This document shows positions 1 through 8,724 of a DNA stretch of 64,000 nucleotides, piece after piece. Source of the stretch: an uncultured Hyphomicrobiales bacterium (GTDB lineage Bacteria > Pseudomonadota > Alphaproteobacteria > Rhizobiales > Beijerinckiaceae). The position numbers and the translations under genes were made by a program. How positions within the stretch are numbered: the stretch's first letter is position 1; every line of letters begins with the position of its first letter. The notes below the pieces were generated by a model, which was given only the letters and a program-made list of their open reading frames with translations, was not told the origin of the DNA and did no database searches. The stretch spans positions 798 to 64,797 of the forward strand of contig CAIZGR010000666.1 in assembly GCA_903932535.1 (NCBI GenBank), written 5' to 3'.

Positions 1-372
1 GCGCTGTTCGTCGTCGGCATCGTCGTGGCATTCACGCTGCTCGCCGCCTTCTTGGCCTCCGGGAACGCGCGAGCCGAAAGTCCGCAGGCGCTCGCCCAGG
101 AGTGCGCCGACAGCCTCGCGCGCCGGAACCGGCTCGACCACCAGGGCTTCGGCAACAAAGGCCTCCGCTGCGTCGATCGCCGCGGGCGCTGCAATCGTGG
201 ATCTGGCGCCGAGGTCGTCGCCTACGGCTATCAGACCGAGGCCGAGACGATGGCGCAATGGCACCGATCTAAAACCGGCCACGCGGAGATCGTCGCCCGA
301 GGAAATGTCAGCGTGGCCTCAGCCGTGTCAAGGTCCGGGCGCCGGTACTGGTGCGGGGTTGTCCCCGGATGA
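1..372 (+). CDS. CAP/SCP (YkwD-like) domain secreted protein; 5' end probably upstream of window
   Basis: ORF track gives 25..372, but the frame is open back to nt 1 (ALFVVGIV). Hydrophobic signal-like N-terminus. WHRSKTGHAEIV resembles the CAP-domain W..S.GHR.NI motif. Confidence 0.6.
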   Translation, partial: ALFVVGIVVAFTLLAAFLASGNARAESPQALAQECADSLARRNRLDHQGFGNKGLRCVDRRGRCNRGSGAEVVAYGYQTEAETMAQWHRSKTGHAEIVARGNVSVASAVSRSGRRYWCGVVPG

Positions 373-494
373 CGGTCGTCGCCGAGGTCCGAAACTGGTG
401 GCCGCTCGTCGTCGGAGCGGGCTTGGCGCTCGCGCTCGGCATCGGGTTCTTGATCGCGGACGTGAGAGAGCGTAGAAGCGGGGTTATGCGGTAG
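369..494 (+). CDS. 41-aa single-TM peptide
   Basis: ATGA start/stop overlap with the upstream CDS at 369-372. Translation is MTVVAEVRNWWPLVVGAGLALALGIGFLIADVRERRSGVMR. An intrinsic terminator follows. Too short for the ORF track. Confidence 0.35.
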   Translation: MTVVAEVRNWWPLVVGAGLALALGIGFLIADVRERRSGVMR

Positions 495-532
495 AGATAC
501 CGTTGCCCTCCTTGGGCGTTTCCTCCAAAACT

Positions 533-558
533 GGCCCGTGGCAACGCGGGCCTTTTTT
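533..558. terminator. Bidirectional intrinsic terminator between convergent genes
   Basis: GGCCCGTG-GCAA-CGCGGGCC stem-loop (8 bp including one G-U, GNRA loop) followed by T6 on the plus strand. On the minus strand the same hairpin is followed by AGTTTTGG. Confidence 0.7.
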
Positions 559-579
559 GTGTCGACACGTCACCGCCGC

Positions 580-870
580 TCACGCGGCCACTTTGCACCA
601 TGGATACCCGGGTGCGCGTTTAACGATTGGCGGGTTCTGCCGAAGGCCACAGAGGCGGTTGTAGGTCATATATTTGAAGTCGCTGCGCCCGCATGACCCG
701 TGCCCCGCGCAGTACCAATGGATAAACCACCGCACCTTGCCGCGCTTGGATTTAGAGTAGTTGCAGCCCCAATCGTATTGGACGCCGCCGCAGGTTCGGC
801 AGCGCCGCATCGCGCGTTCTTCTTCGCGTTTGCCGTTTCGGAAGCTGTGGATGGTGCGATCGTACTTCAT
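580..870 (-). CDS. Cys-rich hypothetical protein (96 aa)
   Basis: ORF track. Lower-GC segment. CRTCGG..C..C..CAGHGSC cysteine pattern suggests a zinc ribbon. No family recognised. Confidence 0.5.
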   Translation of the reverse strand: MKYDRTIHSFRNGKREEERAMRRCRTCGGVQYDWGCNYSKSKRGKVRWFIHWYCAGHGSCGRSDFKYMTYNRLCGLRQNPPIVKRAPGYPWCKVAA

Positions 871-882
871 GATGGATGCTCT

Positions 883-1113
883 CTAGCCATGACCGAGCGC
901 CGCGCGCCCGGCCTCAGTTAATCTTGGTTCGCCGCCCCTAGTGACCAGCCCGCGATAGCCAAGGGCGCGCAACGTGTTTTTCTCAGGCGTCGATAGCTCG
1001 ACCCAATGTAATCGCGGATTAGAAGCGGCCAGCGTCTTAAGTAGTTCGACCATCGCTGGCGTCAGCGGCCGGCGCTGATTGATCGTCTCTCGATTGGTAT
1101 GGCCACTCGGCAT
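883..1113 (-). CDS. Hypothetical protein (76 aa)
   Basis: ORF track. Non-repetitive, protein-like composition. Possibly winged-helix-like. Confidence 0.5.
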   Translation of the reverse strand: MPSGHTNRETINQRRPLTPAMVELLKTLAASNPRLHWVELSTPEKNTLRALGYRGLVTRGGEPRLTEAGRAALGHG

Positions 1114-1280
1114 TCTGGAACCTCAGTTTTGTTAAGCGGCGGGTAGCAAAGTTCACGCGCCCATCGGGGCGAAGTCGCAGATGGGGTCTTTCTTCCACCA
1201 GTCGGACATGCTCGCTTTCGGGTCGCGTTTTCGCCCGCGAATGATCGATGAAATATAAGGGAAATATATACATGAGTCCC

Positions 1281-1751
1281 TCAGAGGCTTTTCATCATCA
1301 GATGTGTCTTAGGGTCTTGCCATAGGTCCATCGTCGCGATCACGGCGAAACCGTATCGCTCATACATTTCGCGATGGTGAGTTGAAACGGTCACGTAGGA
1401 CTGTTTGGCCTGTAGTTCCGCTGCGGTGACTTCAAGAATGTCGTCAAGCCGAGCCTCAACCAACTGACGGCCAATGCCGCGCCCCTGATAACCGAAAGCC
1501 ACATTCCCCCAGAATAGCTCGTAGATGTCGTAATTGTGCCAAGCCCAATTCCAGCCACCGAAACCAACAATTTTTCCATCATCCTCCGCCACAAAAAACG
1601 TCGGGCGGTAGGTCGCATTGGAGAACATATCCGCCAATTCCATGGGCAAAGAACGGGCGATCCGTTCGTCGTTAGGCCAGTTCAACAACACCAGCGCGAT
1701 GACGGCTGAAACATCGGCTCTGACAAGCTTTCTAATCGTCGAGGGAGTCAT
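1281..1751 (-). CDS. GNAT family N-acetyltransferase
   Basis: ORF track. Acetyl-CoA binding motif YQGRGIGRQLV and typical GNAT length (156 aa). Confidence 0.85.
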   Translation of the reverse strand: MTPSTIRKLVRADVSAVIALVLLNWPNDERIARSLPMELADMFSNATYRPTFFVAEDDGKIVGFGGWNWAWHNYDIYELFWGNVAFGYQGRGIGRQLVEARLDDILEVTAAELQAKQSYVTVSTHHREMYERYGFAVIATMDLWQDPKTHLMMKSL

Positions 1752-1787
1752 CTATATAATTCCCTTTTACTGGCCTAAAGCGTCTGG

Positions 1788-2309
1788 TCACCGATCGATG
1801 ATCGGCAGCAGCAGGCTCAGGGTCGAGACCGGAATCTCGTTCTTCGCCGGGCAGGCCGGCGGCGCCGCGTCGAGGCAGAGGTCCGCGAGCTTGATCCGCG
1901 CGAGCAGCGCCGACGACGGCGCCTCCAGCATCTTGCCGTGCTCCCGGTTGAACTCGTCGAGCTTCTCCTTCGGCACGTCGCGGCCTTCGCCAGCGATCTG
2001 AACGCGCAGCGCGGTCAGCGCGTCCTGGTAGCTCTTTATAACGATCCGGCCCTGATCGATGTTGACCGCGATGGCGAGGCGGACGGCGCCGCCCAGCCTG
2101 AAGTTGTTCGGGGCCGTGACCGGGTTGCCGGCGTTGTCGACGATCCCGGTCTGGTGGGCGTCGATCCCGTTCAGCGCGGCCATGATCGACAGGACCTCGC
2201 CGACCGTGGGCGGCTTCGGCTTGTCGGGCTGGTCGGCGGCGCGGCTGGAGGCCGAGGCCGCGAACGTCGCGGCGACCAGGAGGCTCAGGGCGAAAACGTG
2301 CTTCTTCAT
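1788..2309 (-). CDS. Secreted hypothetical protein
   Basis: Sec-type signal peptide MKKHVFALSLLVAATFAASASSRA. Coding-like composition. Confidence 0.7.
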   Translation of the reverse strand: MKKHVFALSLLVAATFAASASSRAADQPDKPKPPTVGEVLSIMAALNGIDAHQTGIVDNAGNPVTAPNNFRLGGAVRLAIAVNIDQGRIVIKSYQDALTALRVQIAGEGRDVPKEKLDEFNREHGKMLEAPSSALLARIKLADLCLDAAPPACPAKNEIPVSTLSLLLPIIDR

Positions 2310-2361
2310 CGGGGTCTTCCTTCGTCGGGTGATCCCGGGAGCGATCGCCGCCGGGCAGTCT

Positions 2362-2655
2362 CTAGTGTTCCGTAGGAAATCGCTTCATCCAGTCCGGCGG
2401 CAACCATCCGTTTTTAATATAGCGGTCGATTTGGCTTTGCAGCTTCGTGTTGGGAACTTCGGTGAACGGCGACGCCATCGGCAGTCCGGAAGTCAAGTCG
2501 AAATTCCGGCGAATGCACTGGTTACGCCAGAAAAAAGGTTCGCCGGTTGCTTTGATCCAGCATAGCCATTCGACCGATTGGCCGTCCACATCAACGCCGT
2601 TGCACTCCGCTATTCCGAGCGGCGTGAGAACGTCGAATGCAGGCCAGGGAATCAT
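2362..2655 (-). CDS. Hypothetical protein (97 aa)
   Basis: ORF track. Trp/Cys-containing non-repetitive sequence. Lies 13 nt downstream of the radical SAM gene. Confidence 0.6.
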   Translation of the reverse strand: MIPWPAFDVLTPLGIAECNGVDVDGQSVEWLCWIKATGEPFFWRNQCIRRNFDLTSGLPMASPFTEVPNTKLQSQIDRYIKNGWLPPDWMKRFPTEH

Positions 2656-2668
2656 CTATAGTTGTCCC

Positions 2669-3487
2669 TCAATGATGCTGCTGCACGCGCAGCGGGTTGT
2701 GGTAGCCGGGCGGCAGGTGCGTCTGCAGGTCTTTTTTGACGTAGTGCTTCACGCCAAGCTGCTGGCATAGGTCGATCATCCGCAACGTGTAATCTCGCCA
2801 GTCGGTCGTGCGCGTGATTTCCTTCAGGTAGTTTGCCTTGCCGATCTTGTAGAGGTCGACGAAGCCGTGGGTCTTCCGGACTATCGCGCGCGAGGCCTCG
2901 ACGTCCAGCGTCGGCTCCAGGGAGACCCAGGTGAAGATGCGGCTCTCGTAGAAGAACCGCAGCGCCGAGATCCGGTCGGCCGGCAGGGGCGCGCCCCGCT
3001 CCCACCTCTGCGAGAAGCGTTCGTCGAGCGTGGTCAGGGTCGCGGCGAAGGCGTCGCGCTTCGGCCGAAAGAGGTCGACGTCGCGCAGCGCGCGCCGGCC
3101 GCCCTTCGTGAGCGTGCAGAAGCCGAACCCGTGGTCGGCCAGCGTGGTCAGCGTTTGCCGGGTCAGCCCGGTGTCGCCGGGGTGGTACGGGTCGGTCGAG
3201 AACGAGAGCATGACCTGATGGCCGGTCTCTCCGGCAGCGGCGTATCGCCGGCAGTCGGCCGTCAGCCGCTCGATCCATCGCGGCTTGTCGACGGCGCCGG
3301 CGTCGAAGTCCGGCCTCGGCATGTGGATGGCCGCGGGCACGTAGCAGTAGGCGCACTTGTGGCCGCAGCCGAGGTAGGGGTTCGTCGCCAGCGGCGCGTA
3401 CTCCCCGGCGTTGCCGGCCGGGCGATAGATCACGTCCGCGCCGGGGACCTTCGGCTGGTCGGCCGTGTACTTGCCGTCGTCGGTCAT
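2669..3487 (-). CDS. Radical SAM enzyme, SplB / DNA-photolyase-like (COG1533-type)
   Basis: NPYLGCGHKCAYCY carries the CX3CX2C 4Fe-4S/SAM motif in the context typical of the spore-photoproduct-lyase-like family. Start was chosen at ATG 3487, which forms an ATGA overlap with the upstream stop. Confidence 0.85.
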   Translation of the reverse strand: MTDDGKYTADQPKVPGADVIYRPAGNAGEYAPLATNPYLGCGHKCAYCYVPAAIHMPRPDFDAGAVDKPRWIERLTADCRRYAAAGETGHQVMLSFSTDPYHPGDTGLTRQTLTTLADHGFGFCTLTKGGRRALRDVDLFRPKRDAFAATLTTLDERFSQRWERGAPLPADRISALRFFYESRIFTWVSLEPTLDVEASRAIVRKTHGFVDLYKIGKANYLKEITRTTDWRDYTLRMIDLCQQLGVKHYVKKDLQTHLPPGYHNPLRVQQHH

Positions 3488-3771
3488 GCCGTGGCCTCCT
3501 TCGGGCCGGCCGCTTCCCATTCCCGGTCGCGGAGCTGCTGCTGGTAGGCGAGCAGGAACGGCTCGACCGAGTCGAACTCCTTGTCGCCGAGCGTGTAGAC
3601 GACCGTGGTCTTCGGCGGCTTCTTCGCGTTGTGGACCGACTTGGAGCCGACCCGGTTTCCCTGCTCGTCGACGATCTTGTAGCCGTAAGTGTGGCCGTTG
3701 CGGCCGCCGTTCAGGTGCAGCGCGAATACCTGGCGCAGGGTCTTCCGCAGCGCGTCCAGTTCGGGGGTCAT
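3484..3771 (-). CDS. Hypothetical protein (95 aa)
   Basis: ORF track. ATGA overlaps at both ends. Confidence 0.65.
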   Translation of the reverse strand: MTPELDALRKTLRQVFALHLNGGRNGHTYGYKIVDEQGNRVGSKSVHNAKKPPKTTVVYTLGDKEFDSVEPFLLAYQQQLRDREWEAAGPKEATA

Positions 3772-3968
3772 ACCGGCTCCAGCTTGTCGCGGACGAGCGG
3801 CTCGACCTCGAGGAAGCGGACGCCGACCCCGCCGCCCGACAACCGGACGCCTTCGGCGGTCCGGAAGAAGAATCGGCCCAGGTGGCGGATGACGAAGGTC
3901 GCGTCGGCGACCGACGTCTTGCCGAGCAGCCGGTTGCGCTCGTCGTAGAGGATGGCGGTGCGGATCAT
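3768..3968 (-). CDS. Hypothetical protein (66 aa)
   Basis: Internal ATG (MIRTAILYDE) of ORF 3768..4001 forms an ATGA overlap with the upstream stop at 3965-3968. Confidence 0.5.
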   Translation of the reverse strand: MIRTAILYDERNRLLGKTSVADATFVIRHLGRFFFRTAEGVRLSGGGVGVRFLEVEPLVRDKLEPV

Positions 3969-4180
3969 GACACAGCCGCCGGCTTCGATGGCCGACCGCA
4001 CTTGATCCCGGCGGCCATCAGATCAAGCCAACTATCGACGAACCGCTTCCGGTCTTCGTTCGAACAGAACAGCGGGCAGTGGATCGTCGACTCGAACCGC
4101 CCGGACGCTAGTTTGACCGAGATGATCAGGGTGTCATCCTTCTCCTCGACGTCTTCGCCGCTCGGTGGTCTAGTTTTCAC
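3965..4180 (-). CDS. Hypothetical protein (71 aa)
   Basis: This is the C-terminal, protein-like part of the artefactual ORF 3965..5077. GTG 4180 is preceded by GGAGGAAGCC and overlaps the upstream stop (GTGA). Confidence 0.5.
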   Translation of the reverse strand: MKTRPPSGEDVEEKDDTLIISVKLASGRFESTIHCPLFCSNEDRKRFVDSWLDLMAAGIKCGRPSKPAAVS

Positions 4181-4743
4181 GGCTTCCTCCTGAACGGTCG
4201 GCTGCCACGCGGCGGCCAGCGGTTGGCGCCGCGGATTTTGGCGCTCGGCTTTATCCGAGACGGTCTTTTCGGGAATCCAGTTGACGGGGATTGCTTTCGG
4301 GCCGCGCGCTTCCGCTCGATGCGCCGGTTCTTCTTCGCCAGCGCGTTGTCGGAGAGCTGGCCGTGGTCGCCGCGGATGCGGGTCTTGACGTCGTGGCTGC
4401 CGTCGAACTGCGTCCCGTGCGGCCGGTAGCGCAGGTGCTCGGGATCGTTGGCGGGCGGCTCGTAGTCGACGTGGACGCCCTTCTTGAAGACCTTCTTCCG
4501 GTTCTCGAGCGCGGGGTCGTGGTCGAGGCGGAGGTCGGCGACGTCGCAGCCTAGGAGCCGCGCCAGGCGGTCCAGCAGAGACGCGAGCAGCTTGCCGAGC
4601 CCGGGCTTCCGGTACCGCGGCGCCACGGTCATGTCGTGACGCCACGCGTCGAGAACGGCCTCCGGGAACATCTCGCCGAGCTGGCGCAGCGCGACGCGGC
4701 AGCGGACCTCCAGCGGCGGGTTGGGGCGAACGAGTCGGGGCAC
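4177..4743 (-). CDS. Putative HNH / His-Me finger nuclease-like protein
   Basis: LDHDPALENR ... PPANDPEHL ... GSHDVKT gives an H-N-H spacing. Basic C-terminal tail. GTG start preceded by GAGGAGA. Confidence 0.55.
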   Translation of the reverse strand: MPRLVRPNPPLEVRCRVALRQLGEMFPEAVLDAWRHDMTVAPRYRKPGLGKLLASLLDRLARLLGCDVADLRLDHDPALENRKKVFKKGVHVDYEPPANDPEHLRYRPHGTQFDGSHDVKTRIRGDHGQLSDNALAKKNRRIERKRAARKQSPSTGFPKRPSRIKPSAKIRGANRWPPRGSRPFRRKP

Positions 4744-4752
4744 GGCGTCTCC

Positions 4753-5538
4753 TCAGAACATGGTCAGTTGCGCCGGGCCTTCCGGCGCGGGCGGCGGCGG
4801 TGGCGGCGGTTGGTCTTTCGGGATCTGGCCCGGCGGCACCTTCTTCGGGAAGAAGCAGGCCGCCGGCGTTCGGTCGCCCACCAGGTTCTCGGGAGGCCCG
4901 AGAGCGTTGCCCCGGTAAACGTCGGCCGAGCAGTCGGTCATCGCGAGCTGCAGGTAGCAGGCCCGGTGCGCGCGGCTGTCGACGTCGATCGCGGTCCAGT
5001 GGGCTTGCCGGGCCACGTCGAGCCCGGCCTCCCGGAGCACGACGTTCGTCGCCAAGATCATCCCGCCGACGCCGCACGCGGGCTCCGCCAGGGACACGAA
5101 CCCCTTCTCACCGACCAGCCGCATCGGGTCGTCGCCGACGATCAGCTTCGCCATGAAATAGGACAGGTGGTGCGGCGTGAAGAACTGCCCCATGCCCGCG
5201 TCGGCCGAGAGCTCCGAGAACACCGGGCCGACGAAGTCGACGGGCTCGACCGCCAGCGCCATGGCGGTCGCCCCCATCATCCGGGAGAGCGCGCCCATGG
5301 TCTCGCTCGGGTGGCGGCACGACGCGACGATGGCCATGTAGTCGGCCTCGTTCTTGTCCTTGGCCTCCCCGACGATCAGCGCGCCGCGGACGGCCAAGAA
5401 CGCCGCGTCGAGGAAGTTGCGCAGGACCTCCGACGACCGCCAGCCCTCCTTCGATTCCGCGACTCGCATGGCGTCGGCGAAGTCGTCGAAGGCCGGGCGG
5501 TGGACCTCGGTCGTGAGGCAGACGCGGCGCTTCTTCAT
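4753..5538 (-). CDS. N6-adenine methylase-fold (HsdM-like) protein lacking a recognisable catalytic (D/N)PP(Y/F) motif
   Basis: GQFFTPHHL (motif X) and EPACGVGGMIL (motif I) are present. The protein ends about 45 aa after GNAL with a PPPPPPP tail and has no NPPF/NPPY. Confidence 0.7.
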   Translation of the reverse strand: MKKRRVCLTTEVHRPAFDDFADAMRVAESKEGWRSSEVLRNFLDAAFLAVRGALIVGEAKDKNEADYMAIVASCRHPSETMGALSRMMGATAMALAVEPVDFVGPVFSELSADAGMGQFFTPHHLSYFMAKLIVGDDPMRLVGEKGFVSLAEPACGVGGMILATNVVLREAGLDVARQAHWTAIDVDSRAHRACYLQLAMTDCSADVYRGNALGPPENLVGDRTPAACFFPKKVPPGQIPKDQPPPPPPPAPEGPAQLTMF

Positions 5539-5729
5539 TCGACGACCTCCTCCACCTCATCGACTTCGTACTGAGCGCGTCCCTCCATCCGGCCGTCCGG
5601 CAGCGGCGTGTGGACTACGACGTAGCGAAGCCCGGCGTCGACTCGGTCCTGCAACCGACCGTAGATGAACCCCGTCGATTCGGGGCGCGCCTTGATCCGG
5701 ACCTTCGTTCGTTTCTGGACGTAGCTCAC
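5535..5729 (-). CDS. Hypothetical protein (64 aa)
   Basis: Protein-like C-terminal part of the artefactual ORF 5535..6539. GTG 5729 overlaps the upstream stop (GTGA). Its stop overlaps ATG 5538 (ATGA). Confidence 0.5.
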   Translation of the reverse strand: MSYVQKRTKVRIKARPESTGFIYGRLQDRVDAGLRYVVVHTPLPDGRMEGRAQYEVDEVEEVVE

Positions 5730-7492
5730 TGTCGCTTCTTTCGGGCCTTGGCCTTCGTCGGCGTCTTCGTCTTCTTCGGCGCGGCCTTGGCCTTGGGGCC
5801 ATCGTAGCCGTCGGTCCGGAGCTGCGGCGGCAGCCATCCGGTCTTCTTCGCGTGGTCGGCCGCCTGCTTGGCGAGCGCGGCCTTCTTGACGTTCTTCTGC
5901 GGCTCCACGGCCATGTCGGCGAGCGCCGCCAGGGACATCGCGCCCGGCGAGTTCTCGAAGTAGTCGTCGGGCGCGAACTCCTTTACCAGCGCCGCCTGGA
6001 GAAGCTTCTGGGGCACGAAGTGAACGACCGCGGCCGCGGCCGCGTCTTCGACCTCGCCCTCCCGCGCGACCAGCATCCGGGTCGCGCTGTGGCTGCCGAG
6101 CTCGATCGAGGAGCCCACGACCTTGGCGAACAGATCGACCAGGTCCGCGGGCTTGACCTTGGCGAGCTTGCGCAGTTCGGCCGCGAAGTCGTAGTCGGCG
6201 TCTTCGTCTTCGTCTTCCGCGTCGCGGGCGCCCGCGCCTTTGTTCTCCAGGCAGACCGGAGACGAATAACTCCCGGAGCAGATCAGGCCGGCGAGCGCGA
6301 GCCGCAGCACGGTCGGGAGACCGACGTCGGCGTGCGCGACCACGGCGGCGACGGCCTTGGTCAACCCGGCGGTCAGCCGGTCGGCCAGGGCCGCCGATAT
6401 GACCGGGGGCCTCGACGGCCCGGCCTTGCGCGCGGCCGCCTTCTCGGCGGGCGTCTTCTCGATCTTGACGCTGACGCCGGGCTTCACGTAGCCGCGCTCG
6501 ATCTCGAGCTTGCCCTCGTAGTCGACGGAGACGGTGCAACCCGCGAGCGCCTTCTGCGCCGCCTTCGGGTTGGAGGTCGGCAGCCGGCGCCAGGCGTAGA
6601 GGTCCTTCGGCGCGCCCTCCTTGAGGATGGCCCAGCCCCAGCCTTCGGCCTTGAGCTCGGCGAGCTTGTCGTCGAGCTTTTTCCCGGCCATGGCCTTGAG
6701 CGCCGGCACGTTGTCGACCTGGATGGTCTCCCGGTCTTCGTCGCCGAACAGCGACGGGTTCAAGTGGTGGCCGGCGGCCTCGTAGGCCTTCGGCGTGACG
6801 AACTTCAGCAGCTTGGCGACGTCGTGGTTGCGCGAGCCGGCGATCTCCTCGGAGACGTCGTAGGCGTCGCCCGCGCGCTTCTTGAGCTTCTTGAACACGC
6901 GGACCTGGTGCTCGAGGTCCTTCGTCTGCGCGTAGGCCTCGGCCGCGTCGCCGCCGATCTCGGCGGCGCGCCAGGCCTTGCGAATCTCCGGGGCGATGGC
7001 CGCGAGCGACAATGCCTGACGAACCTCGCCGACCTTCATCGCGTTCTCGTCGGCGAGTTCTTCGACGGTGGCGCCGGCGGCGATCTGGGCGGCGAAGGCT
7101 TCGAACTCGTCGACCGGATGCAGACGGGAGCGGACCAGGTTGGAGGACAGCGAGACGTTGCGGGCCTCCTCGTCGGTCAGCGGCGCGATCTCGACCTTGA
7201 CCGGGTAGTCGCCCGTCACCTTGACGCCGTTCGCGGTCTCGCCATTTTTCGCCAGGAACATCAGCGCCTCGTACCGCTCGCCGCCGTCGACGACGAGGTA
7301 GCGGTTCTCATCGTTCGGCTTGGGCCGCACGATCATTCGCTGGTAGACGCCGCGCTTGCGGATCGAGGCCGCGTACTTGGGCTCGGCCCCGCGCCCGGTC
7401 TTGCGGACGTTGAGCGGGTCTAGCTCCAGTTGGAGCAGTTTCACGGTGAGCGGCGAGAACGTGAGGGTGGACGTCTTGAGAGCGTTGGACAT
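5726..7492 (-). CDS. Large ParB/Srx-fold N-terminal domain protein (588 aa)
   Basis: LDPLNVRK ... IVRPK ... YLVVDGGERYEAL is a ParB-box-like motif. Lys-rich C-tail. Start at ATG 7492 is preceded by GGAGAAGAACCG. The 71 upstream codons of the ORF are R/G/P junk. Confidence 0.8.
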   Translation of the reverse strand: MSNALKTSTLTFSPLTVKLLQLELDPLNVRKTGRGAEPKYAASIRKRGVYQRMIVRPKPNDENRYLVVDGGERYEALMFLAKNGETANGVKVTGDYPVKVEIAPLTDEEARNVSLSSNLVRSRLHPVDEFEAFAAQIAAGATVEELADENAMKVGEVRQALSLAAIAPEIRKAWRAAEIGGDAAEAYAQTKDLEHQVRVFKKLKKRAGDAYDVSEEIAGSRNHDVAKLLKFVTPKAYEAAGHHLNPSLFGDEDRETIQVDNVPALKAMAGKKLDDKLAELKAEGWGWAILKEGAPKDLYAWRRLPTSNPKAAQKALAGCTVSVDYEGKLEIERGYVKPGVSVKIEKTPAEKAAARKAGPSRPPVISAALADRLTAGLTKAVAAVVAHADVGLPTVLRLALAGLICSGSYSSPVCLENKGAGARDAEDEDEDADYDFAAELRKLAKVKPADLVDLFAKVVGSSIELGSHSATRMLVAREGEVEDAAAAAVVHFVPQKLLQAALVKEFAPDDYFENSPGAMSLAALADMAVEPQKNVKKAALAKQAADHAKKTGWLPPQLRTDGYDGPKAKAAPKKTKTPTKAKARKKRQ

Positions 7493-7518
7493 CGGTTCTT
7501 CTCCGGGTGGTCGTCGGG

Positions 7519-8172
7519 TTATCCGCCGAGGGCCTGGACGGCCTCGTCGCGGGCGTTCTGCAGTTCCTGGAAGGCTTCGACGGAGCCTTCGTCGGCATCG
7601 GGATGTCGTTTCTTGGAGAGCGTGCGGTAGCGGGCCTCGACCTCCTCGACCGAGGCGTCGGCCCGGGCCTCGTCGCCCTCCCCGTAGTTCAGCACGATCC
7701 ACCACGGGCGCTTCGGCCTCACCCCGTCCGGCGCCGGCAGCGCGGCGAAGCCGTCGAAGGCCCGCTGCATCATGGTGCCGCCGCCGTGGCGCTCCAGGGA
7801 ACGCATGGCGTCGATCGCCAGCGTCAGCGACCGCAGGTTGACCCCCGGCGAATCGTAGCCGTCCTGCGCCATAACCATCGCGCGGCCCTTGAGCGTGAAG
7901 TAGAGGGCGACGCCCGGCTCCTTCATAGTGTGGCGGTCGGGTTCGACGCCGGCCCGCGGCACACCGTCCACGCGCACGTCGATCGAAGAGGAGATGACGA
8001 CGTTGGTGGCACCGAGCCTCTTGAGCTCGTCCAGCACGCCGTCGCGGCCAAACGAAAACGTCGGCAGCGAACCGGAATAACCGCCGCGCCTGAATTGGGT
8101 GCCGCGCGACCGTTTGTCGGCCGCGGTGCGCGGCCAGCCGTCCGGCCAGCGCAGCGGGTAGGTTTCGGTCAT
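7519..8172 (-). CDS. J-domain (DnaJ-like) protein with uncharacterised N-terminal domain
   Basis: C-terminal ARYRTLSKKRHPDADEGS..FQELQNA contains the HPD tripeptide. Confidence 0.8.
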   Translation of the reverse strand: MTETYPLRWPDGWPRTAADKRSRGTQFRRGGYSGSLPTFSFGRDGVLDELKRLGATNVVISSSIDVRVDGVPRAGVEPDRHTMKEPGVALYFTLKGRAMVMAQDGYDSPGVNLRSLTLAIDAMRSLERHGGGTMMQRAFDGFAALPAPDGVRPKRPWWIVLNYGEGDEARADASVEEVEARYRTLSKKRHPDADEGSVEAFQELQNARDEAVQALGG

Positions 8173-8227
8173 CGGTCTTCTCCTGCGTTGCGGGCCTTCG
8201 CGCGGCCGTCGCTCGTCTGATCGTTCT

Positions 8228-8419
8228 TCATGGCGGCGACGAGTCTCCGAAGCCGTTTCTCAGCGCCGTCGCCGCGCCCTTCAAGTTGGTGATCCTGCGG
8301 GCGACGTGCTCGGGCACGGCCAGGCCGCGCGTCTCATAGTCCTTGGCCTCTCGCTTGGCGTCGACGAGCTGCCGTTCGACGGCGGCGACGGCGATGGCGT
8401 TTTCTTCCGGTGTCGTCAT
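8228..8419 (-). CDS. Hypothetical protein (63 aa)
   Basis: Internal ATG (MTTPEENAIAV) of ORF 8228..8740. ATGA overlap with the upstream stop. Confidence 0.5.
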   Translation of the reverse strand: MTTPEENAIAVAAVERQLVDAKREAKDYETRGLAVPEHVARRITNLKGAATALRNGFGDSSPP

Positions 8420-8724
8420 TCGCCTGGGTCCCTCGTCTCGAAGAAGTCGGGCAACTCGGGGTGTCGCGCCATGAACCACCTGGCGAGCGGGGCCGAGTGG
8501 TTGTTGTTGATCTTGAACGCGGCGTCGCCGCGCTCGACCCGGTGGTGCCACCGGATCTGATGCAGGAGGGCTCGGGCCGAGTACCGGAGCAGCCCGGCCT
8601 CGCGGACCTTGAACGCCAGGCTTTCGAACAGACCGCAGACCTCGACGGGCACGCCCTCGGGCATCGCCGGCGTCCGCGACGGCGCGGCGAACAGGTCGGG
8701 CGTCGTCGACTCGAGCTGAGTCAT
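8416..8724 (-). CDS. Hypothetical protein (102 aa)
   Basis: ORF track. ATGA overlaps at both ends. Confidence 0.65.
   Translation of the reverse strand: MTQLESTTPDLFAAPSRTPAMPEGVPVEVCGLFESLAFKVREAGLLRYSARALLHQIRWHHRVERGDAAFKINNNHSAPLARWFMARHPELPDFFETRDPGE

Noticed and set aside
1037-1273. 78-aa minus-strand ORF overlapping the start of 883..1113
   Set aside because: It overlaps a better ORF by 77 nt, lies in an AT-richer probable promoter region, and has an implausible composition. Left unannotated.
3965-5077. 370-aa minus-strand ORF (RRRRDDLGDERRAPGG...)
   Set aside because: It is an Arg/Pro/Gly-rich out-of-frame read across two real genes. Only its last 71 codons (3965..4180) look like protein and have an RBS plus a GTGA overlap.
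5535-6539. 334-aa minus-strand ORF overlapping the ParB-like gene
   Set aside because: It has low-complexity R/G/A/E composition in an alternative frame of the real 5726..7492 gene. Only the terminal 64 codons (5535..5729) were kept.
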